DNA of 40,161 nt from Tubiluchus corallicola. Taxonomy: Eukaryota > Animalia > Priapulida. The stretch lies in the NCBI GenBank assembly GCA_030141605.1, contig JAQGDQ010001457.1, positions 1 through 40,161 on the forward strand. Direction: 5' to 3'. The notes beneath the pieces are model-generated. The model worked only from the letters and a program-made list of their open reading frames with translations, searched no databases and was not told the origin of the DNA. This document shows positions 31,787-40,161 of this stretch, one piece after another (the stretch's first letter is position 1; every line of letters starts with the position of its first letter). Both the position numbers and the translations under genes were made by a program.

Positions 31787-32522
31787 ATCGTAATTATGAT
31801 GTTTTAAATCCCACCCCACGGCACTTGAGACGCTGTTTGCGCCCTGCAAAGAAAGAGGCTAATAGCTGTAATCAGGATTTTATAAAATGCTGCAGATCTC
31901 CTGCGATAGGGTCTGCTTGCTGCACACAAAGCGAGAGAGTCACTTCAATTACATCATTTTATGAAATCCTTTAAACCGGACCTCTTGAGACACGATAAAT
32001 ACCGTTTACAAAGAGATTAAGTCTTTTATTATCAGCCTCATCAAATCCATTAGCGCACTTCAGATAACCTTTGTATGCAACTCACAAAGAGCAGCTATAA
32101 TTTTCAATAATTCAGTTGGACAACATAATAATGATTGAATTCAAAGATAATTATAATCCCTCATTTTAAATTAGTGTGAGGAATTTTCCCAGGATTATAT
32201 CCCTGGTGGGTATTGACCAGCCTTGAAGAGTTTTTCATATTGCGCAAAGAGCGATTCTGTAATTCAGAAATGTAACACAGAATAAATTGCATCGCAATTT
32301 TAATGGCTGATGTTTAAGATATGAGAGAAATTTATCCAAGATTGTTCACAAGGGTGGGGGGGGGTCACACGCCGTGATTCGTGTTTCTGTTAAATAGAAT
32401 TTTGTGAAATTTTCGTAAAATTATCTGACATTCTTTGTAGATAATGCGCATGTCGTTTCAAGTATTTGCTGCCCACCTTTGCATAGAGGAAAATTATCCC
32501 TGATAATAGTATCGGGAACACA
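31787..32522 (+). mobile_element. Dispersed ~750-bp non-coding repeat, copy 2, ending in a hairpin followed by T6
   Basis: Colinear with 23800..24546. The 3' end ATAGAGGAAAATTATCCCTGATAATAGTATCGGGAACACA|TTTTTT also occurs at 26891..26936. Confidence 0.75.
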
Positions 32523-32529
32523 TTTTTTG

Positions 32530-34550
32530 AATAAGTGTGGCAGTTGTTGTGATTATCAACAAAAAATACAGTTGTGCACAATGTAGTTAATTAAGTGCGG
32601 TTGTTGTGATAGTTAGCGAAAAAGTGCGGTTGCACAGAAAGAAAGTTAATAAGTGTGGTTACTCTGGTTGTGAGCAAATAAGTGTAAGTAATGTAAGTAA
32701 TTAAGTGCAGTTGTGCAGAATGTAAGTAATTAAGTGCGGTTGTTGTGATAGTCAGTTAAAAAGTGCGGTGGTGCAGAAAATAAGTAAAAAATGCTGTTGT
32801 GCAGTAAGTAAGTAATTAAGTGTGGTTGTTGTGATAGTTAGCAAAAAAGTGCGGTTGCACAGAAAATAAGTAATTATGTGCAGTTGCGCAGAAAATAAGT
32901 AATAAAGTGCTGTTGTGCAGAATGTACGTAATTAAGTGCGGTTGTTGTGATAGTTAGCAAAAAAGTGTGGTTGTGCAGAAAATAAGTAATTAAGTGCGGC
33001 AGTTGTTGTGATTGTCAGCAAAAAAGTGCGGTTGTGCAGAATGTAAGTAACTAAGTGCGGCAGTTGTTGTGATTGTCAGCAAAAAAGTGCGGTTGTGCAG
33101 AATGTAAGTAATTAAGTGTGGTTGTACAGAAAATTAGTAATTAAGTGCGGTTGATGTGATAGTTAGCAAAAAAGAGCAGTTGTGCATAAAGTAAGTAATT
33201 AAGTGCGGCAGTTGTTGTGATTGTCAGCAAAAAAGTGCTGTTGTGCAGAATGTAAGTAATTAAGTGCGGTTGTGCAGAAAATGAATAATTAAGTGCAGTT
33301 GTGGAGAATGTAAGTAACTAAGTGTGGCAGTTGTTGTGTTGTCAGCAAAAAGTGCGGTTGTGCAGAAATTATGTAAATAAGTGTGGTTGTTCTGGTTGTG
33401 AGCAAATAACTGTGAGTAATGTAAGTAATTTTAGTGCAGTTGAGCAGAATGTAAGTAATTAAGTGCGGTTGTGCAGAAAGTAAGTAAATAAGTGTGATTG
33501 TGCAGAATGTAAGTAATTAAGTTCGGTTGTGCAGAAAGTAAGTAATTAAGTGTGGCAGTTATTGTGATTGTCAGCAAAAAAGTGCGGTTGTGCAGAAAAT
33601 AAGTAATTAAGTGCGGCAGTTGTTGTGGTTGTCAGCAAAAAAGTGCGGTTGTGCAGAAATTATGTAAAAAAGTGTGGTTGTGCAGAATGTAAGTAATTAA
33701 GTTCGGTTGTGCAGAAAGTAAGTAATTAAGTGTGGCAGTTATTGTGATTGTCAGCAAAAAAGTGCGGTTGTGCAGAAAATAAGTAATTAAGTGCGGCAGT
33801 TGTTGTGGTTGTGAACAAAATGTGCAGTTGTGCAGAAAATAACTAATTAAGTGCAGTTGTGCAGAAAGTAAGTAAATAAGTGTGATTGTGCAGAATGTAA
33901 GTAATTAAGTTCGGTTGTGCAGAAAGTAAGTAATTATGTGCAGATGCGCAACAAATAACTAATTAAGTGCAGTTGTGCAGAAAGTAAGTAAATAAGTGTG
34001 ATTGTGCAGAATGTAAGTAATTAAGTTCGGTTGTGCAGAAAGTAGGTAATTAAGTGCGGTTGTTGTGATAATTAGCGAAAAAGTGTGGTTGTGCAGAAAA
34101 TGAATAATTAAGTGCAGTTGCGGAGAATGTAAGTAACTAAGTGTGGCAGTTGTTGTGATTGTCAGCAAAAAAGTGCGGTTGTGCAGAATGTAAGAAATTA
34201 AGTGTGGTTGTGCAGAAAATTAGTAATTAAGTGCGGTTGATGTGATAGTTAGCAAAAAAGTGCAGATGCGCAGAAAGTAAGTAATTAAGTGCGGCAGTTG
34301 TTGTGATTTTTAGCAAAAAAGTGCAGTTGCGCAGAAAGTAAGTAATTAAGTGCGGCAGTTGTTGTGATTGTCAGCAAAAAAGTGCGGTTGTGCAGAAATT
34401 ATGTAAAAAAGTGTGGTTGTTCTGATTGTGAGCAAATAAGTGTGAGTAATGTAAGTAGTTTTAGTGCGGTTGAGCAGAATGTAAGCAATTAAGTGCGGTT
34501 GTGCAGAATGTAAGTAATTAAGTGTGGTTGTGCAGAAAATTAGTAATTAG
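32530..34550. repeat. Compound minisatellite of ~29-bp (AAGTGCGGTTGTGCAGAAAATAAGTAATT) and ~32-35-bp (AAGTGCGGCAGTTGTTGTGATTGTCAGCAAAA) units
   Basis: The two related units are interspersed irregularly over ~2 kb. Confidence 0.95.
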
Positions 34551-35834
34551 TAATAATTCAATTCAAGGCCATTTATTTTCATAAGAATATGCCAGAGTCG
34601 CATAAATGTGAGTGTAATGAACAAACCTGAACAACTTTTCACAACATACAAGTCCATTCTAGATTTTGTAATGCCTGCTGTTGTATTACAATGTCAATTG
34701 AAATTATGTGCAATTAATAAACACATACGAAGTATTTTACAGTTTGAATAATAAATGGTAAGCGTGAGCAAGTTTAAACAAGTTCTACAACTTTCAAATT
34801 TTACCAAATTCTATGGCATAAGACACAAGTTCAGTTGACATGCTCTACGCTCAGCACACAATGCAGGTCTTTTATTTTGACCATAACTGTAACAAAGATT
34901 AAGCAGGTCTTATTATCCTGCAATAACAAATTATTGAAGCTTGTTTAGGTTCTTAAAAGGAAGAAAAGATTTGGTAGTAAGATGGTCAACTTGTGCAAAT
35001 AGATTGCACTAAAAGTGAAGGAACTTTGCATCTATTAAAATTGTTTAAGCAAAAATTGTTAGCGCTATATTTCTAGTGCTGAAGAATTTGAGGCGGAGTT
35101 AAAAAGCTGTCATGGTGATCAACTCCAACACGTCAGTTTATAGGCGTAACTTTCAGATGCGTGAAGACGAGACAACTCAAGCAAATCATTTGCTTTGCGG
35201 TCTTGCTATGAGTGTGAGCAGCGCTCCAGGAAAAAACAGAACAGTTTTTAGTGAAGTGTAATATTGATTTTAAGTGCAAAATGTGTGATTTTGTTAAAAA
35301 GTGAAAATTTTGTTGTCTGTACAAAACAATTTATTCTTTGCACTTAACCACAGAAGTGATCACGCTTTAGTCTTCTGTTTTGTCTAATAAATGGATTGTG
35401 GCTGCAAGGTGATTTAAGAATGGAATGGTGGCATTTCATAAAACAAGTTTTAAATTAACGTTCTCTCAGTAAAAGTGAAAAATCGCCTGGCTTTTCATTG
35501 AATTTAAAGCTTCATTAGGCTGATAACAAAAACTTAACTTTCAAATTTCTCACAGAAAACTGATCACGTTTCGCCATCTTGATTTAGAAATACGCGCCAC
35601 TTCGTGACGTCATCGACGTGATTCGCCTGGAATATTGCATGGAGTATGAATTTGCTTTATAAATTTATGTCAGGCATCAGCAAGCTAATTCTCTCTTTAT
35701 AACTGTCCTGCCTATGTTTTATGGTAAGTGTTAATCCTATGTGCAATCATTTTAAATCAGTTACTTTATTTTATATAAATGGGTCTTGTAGGGCTGTGAT
35801 CTATCATGCAATGATAATGTTGTTTGGATACATG

Positions 35835-36535
35835 TGCAGGTTTTGCAGGTTTGACAGTATGACGGGTTTGACAGGTTTAACAGTATGGTGGGTTGGCAGG
35901 TTTGACAATATGGCGGTTTGGCAGGTTTTTCAGTATGGTGGGTATGGCAGGTATGACAGTATGGCGGGTTTTGCAGGTTTTGCAGTATGGCGGGTTTGGC
36001 AGCTTTGACAGTATGGCGGGTTTTGCAGGTTTGACAGTATGGCGGGTTTTGCAGGTTTGACAGTATGACGGGTTTGACAGGTTTAACAGTATGGTGGGTT
36101 GGCAGGTTTGACAATATGGCGGTTTGGCAGGTTTTTCAGTATGGTGGGTATGGCAGGTATGACAGTATGGCGGGTTTTGCAGGTTTTGCAGTATGGCGGG
36201 TTTGGCAGCTTTGACAGTATGGCGGGTTTTGCAGGTTTGACAGTATGGCGGGTTTGGCAGTTTTAACAGTATGGCGAGTTTGCAGGTTTGACAGTATGGT
36301 GGGTTTGGCAGGTTTGACAGTATGGCGGGATTTGCAGGTTTGACAGTATGGCGAGTTTGCAGGTTTGACAGTATGGCGGATTTGGCAGGTTTGACAGTAT
36401 GGCGGGTTTGCAGGTTCGACAGTATGGCGGATTTGGCAGGTTTAACAGTATGGCGGGTTTGCAGGTTTGACAGTATGGCGGGTTTGACAGGTTTGACAGT
36501 ATGGCTGGTTAGGCAGTACAGCAGGTATGACAGTA
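35835..36535. repeat. 26-bp minisatellite GACAGTATGGCGGGTTTGGCAGGTTT
   Basis: About 27 copies; a 206-bp (8-unit) block is duplicated (variant GTATGACGGG at 35857 and 36063). Confidence 0.96.
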
Positions 36536-36762
36536 AAAAGTGATAGTTAGCAAAAAAGTCAGTTGAGCAGAATGTAAGTTATTAAGTGCGGTTGCGCAGA
36601 ATGTAAGTAATTAAGTGTGGTTGTGCAGAAAGTTAGTAAATAAGTGCGGCAGTTGTTGTGATTGTCAACAAAAAAGTGCAGTTGTGCAGAAAATAAGTAA
36701 TTAAATGCGGTTGTGCAGAAAATAAGTAAATAAGGGCGATTGCATAAAAATTATGTGCGGTT
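36536..36762. repeat. Short second block of the 29/35-bp minisatellite
   Basis: Same units as 32530..34550, fused directly to the 26-bp array. Confidence 0.9.
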
Positions 36763-37511
36763 AATTACTTAACCTACTTGCTTAGTTTAATTTAATTATA
36801 ATAATCTTGTGCAGGTGGCGCCACAGCACGGAAGTGTTTAATTCAGATAAAATTAACAATGCCAAAATCCGTGTTTTAGCTTCCTAGTTTTGCCAAGGTA
36901 GAAACCACCTGACTACCAAAAAGCAGATGCAGCATCATTGTGACAGATAATGTCTGTTAACTTCACTTTTCACACAGCTATTTGTTATAGTCCAACAGGC
37001 TTTTGTGTCTTAGTTATTTTTTTCAAGGAAGTGCCTCACTTGTTCTTGCTAGATTTTCAAAAATATTTTGCTCATGTTTTTCCCTCTTAGAGAGTCAAAC
37101 GCAGAATTCGCCACTGAGAAACAAATGACGAAAATTGTGTCTGGATTCTGGACATAAAGATTAAAATTGAAGTCTCTCAGGAGTACTTGGTGTTGCAAGA
37201 GCACAGATGCTGGCCTTGGTCTTGAATGTTTTGAATGTTGAAAAAGATTTTATTTTTTAAATTGCCAATTTGTTTATTTGCAGGTTATTATCTGTGGAGC
37301 TTCAAAAAGTTTATGTGGCTAAAAGTCACTTTAAAACTTGAAACATTTCACATGTTCTGCCTACTGTGTCTCACTGCAACGTTGGAAACGTCTAGGAAGC
37401 CACAATTACAACAAAATTCGTCATTTTCCTTCAACAGCTATGTGAATCATGTGCAATGTTGTAAAAAATTAGCTGAATTTCAAATATCACAGACTTGGTG
37501 AGGTTGATGAC

Positions 37512-38704
37512 TGTCACGGTCGTGTTTAGCAGATTAAAACGAATAGCCATTTAACTGTAATAACACGTTTACGTGGCATTTGAAAAACTATTAGCTATAT
37601 CTGAATGTATTGTATTGAACCTGTCATTAATAACTAATTAACCGAATTTGGTAAACGTTATAAACTGGTGGCTCCACCTATCGGGAGTTCAACAAAGAAA
37701 TGTTAAAGTTCAACATTTTGGACCAAATTCTGGCTTCATGAGCTCATACCTATAGTACTGCTGTGATTGGATGATTAACTGGGTCACGACAGGTATAACT
37801 TGAGAGGTGCAGATTATTCCACGAGGTTACGGAGATAGTGGTTAAATGGCCGACTCAGCTAAAAGGCCAATTGATTTTGTCTTTGTCGGGGCGTTGGCCG
37901 ACAAGACGTCACTTCGGATACTTTAATAATCAACTTCATGACTTTCTATAGCTACGTGAATTGAATTGTTCACACTACCAGTCATTATCTTGCGTAGACA
38001 GAACGTGAGCCATACGTCTGATATTTGGCAAATGACATTTTCCTGTGATGGGTATGCTTCCATGATGGTGGAGTTTTCAACCAAAACGGCACAAGAAGTA
38101 GACTCCTAATATATTCTGAAAGCCTGGTACCTGACTCATTAGGAGGAGACGTTGTCAGAAGAATCCTGGTGGTCTGTCATCGTCCGCTAATCTCATTAAA
38201 GCCAGTCAAGCGAGTGGGACATTGATGCGGTCGCCGTTGTCGACAAACGTAGACTGTTAGCAAAGTGATTCCAGCCACCTAAGTGTGTGAAACCCGGAAC
38301 TTTACGGGAGACGTCCCGCTACGTGAAACGCTAGCAGACTGATCTTAAATGAGGGGTACCCCGCTGTTTTGTTGCAAGTTGTGAGTTCTTTTTGTTTATT
38401 GTTTTGGATTAATTAATTAATTATGCCAATTAAAATGTTAAACCTAAGGCAAACAGTTTGTTTATTTATACTTTGTTGTGTTCACTGTTTCCGTTCACAC
38501 TGTATCACCATTGGCCCATTCTCTGTACTTTAGGACAGACCGACCCCTCCTGCGCTTGTAACTGCCTTAGAATTCACATAAACATTGCTGCTCTTTAACA
38601 TTTGGAGTCACCAACCCGTTCAGCAATCCATCTTGACTTAAGTTGCCCGACCCAAGTTCGAAGCCCCGTGGGCTAGCAAAGAATTTCGTGACCCGAATGT
38701 TACA
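37512..38704. mobile_element. Solo LTR (1193 bp) of an unrelated LTR retrotransposon
   Basis: Termini TGTCAC...GTTACA (5/6 inverted match), flanked by an exact 5-bp direct repeat ATGAC at 37507..37511 and 38705..38709. It is more GC/CpG-rich than its flanks and has no ORF. Confidence 0.75.
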
Positions 38705-40161
38705 ATGACAATCTTGTGTATGTATACAGCACATTGAAGTCAATTAAAGAGGTGCGTCAACTGATATGTTTTGTAATTTGCCAAAAAGGAAGCTGGAATT
38801 GTCAGCAAAACATTTCATGTAGAAGCAGCTCTAAGAAAATTGTTAGAAGCTATAGCTGACAGCTCTGGTCCTTGGAACTTAATACATGATGAAAGAAATT
38901 ATGCCATAATTATATTGATATGCCAAGAGAATGAGAAAAAGTCCAAACCTGTTTGAAACGGACTGAAATCGACGTTCGTTCATCTTGAGAACAAATAATC
39001 ATTGTGCAGTGTCACTAATCTAAAAAAAGAAAACTGATGATTATGATTAACGATTACTTGATTTTAAGAAGCCTGCAAGAAACACTGAGTTACACTGTTG
39101 CTTCAGTGATTAGTTTATTTCACATTGTGAGATTGAGTGAAGCATTTGTAAGTATTTGTAAAAGTGAAATCTTGTAATGGCAATCTTTTTTGATTTTGTA
39201 TGGGACTCTGTGCTTTGCATAATAACACAATACAAATTTGTTGTTCAGCATGGTTCACAAAGTATGTGTTGTATATCTTCAAACTGTCGCCACTTATCTG
39301 GCATGGTAGACTCGTAATTGTTTGATGAACATAATAAATTGTTTTGTACTATTACTCATTGTTTCTGTAAAGTGGATCCTAACAAAAGAAAGTTACCTTG
39401 AACTTTCCACTTTTGGAACTCTACAAGCAGCAATCCCCTAGTCAAAAAAACCTTCCTTAAAAATGTAGATGGATGTAGCAGACCTTTAGCTAGCTTAGGC
39501 TCATGTGGACGAGCATACATCCTTGATCAATAGACTTTTCCATTGTGTTACTTCAGAAACATAATATAATAAACATATAATGATCATCAAGGCAAATCTT
39601 TTGTAAAAGTAAGTAAGTTACTGTCACTATTGCGTAATACATACAATGAAATTTATGTGGTTTTACGTGCTGCTATATCAGGGATAGAAAGAAAATAAAG
39701 ATCTTGTGGTTTTAGCGCTAATTGAGCGAAATCTACGACCAGGTGAGCATTTCATCCAGGGGAGTATTTATTACCTGGATGAAATGCATCTTTCATGATA
39801 ACTTGCACCCCTATTCATACAAATATGCCCTAGATTGCTGTTCAATTCCGATAACTTTGAGGCGGACTTAGCAACGTGATCAAGAGCATTGCGATCTCCC
39901 TGCATGGTAGCGCCATACTAAACAGTGATGGATGTTGTTAAAAACTGTCCACCACAGTAGGGGAAATAAAAAATTTTTTAAAAGCATCGGTTAGATAATT
40001 TTCACAGTGAATTTTTACAGTTCAGTTACATAAACAAGACTTCTTGTGTTCCCACACCATAATCGTTCAACTTCTACTCACTAGGTGTAAATGCTGTCAT
40101 TATTTTCAATTACTGCGCAAATCCTTCCTTTTAATGCATTTAATCGATCCCGCACAAAGCA

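Noticed and set aside
33959-36543. ORFs within the 29/35-bp and 26-bp minisatellites
   Set aside because: Repetitive translations of tandem arrays.
38610-38680. tRNA gene candidate around GTTCGAAGCC (also 26381..26454 and 26778..26832)
   Set aside because: B-box-like words are present but T-stems and acceptor stems do not pair; these are not functional tRNAs.

Overview
AT-rich, repeat-dominated eukaryotic (very probably invertebrate animal) DNA with no recognisable host gene. The centrepiece is a full-length BEL/Pao LTR retrotransposon on the minus strand (6491..14231). It has two 422-bp LTRs differing at 3 sites by manual comparison, a PPT, and a gag-PR-RT-RNaseH-IN polyprotein broken only by three small frameshifts. 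Its Gag N-terminus carries a SAP domain and, in frame, a complete intronless glycogenin (GT8) catalytic domain that keeps the DxD motif, the metal-binding His and the autoglucosylation Tyr but lacks the glycogen-synthase-binding tail. I know of no description of such a fusion. The element has mismatched flanks (no TSD) and joins two different tandem arrays. On its left is a ~1.28-kb macrosatellite whose unit holds a decayed PIF/Harbinger transposase N-terminus and, in one unit, a duplicated truncated LTR. On its right is a 79-bp array. The rest is satellites and minisatellites (22-, 75-, 29/35- and 26-bp units, several with higher-order structure), a decayed second BEL gag fragment, a dispersed ~750-bp repeat ending in a hairpin, and an unrelated 1193-bp solo LTR with a 5-bp TSD. 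All family assignments come from motif recognition by eye, not from database searches.
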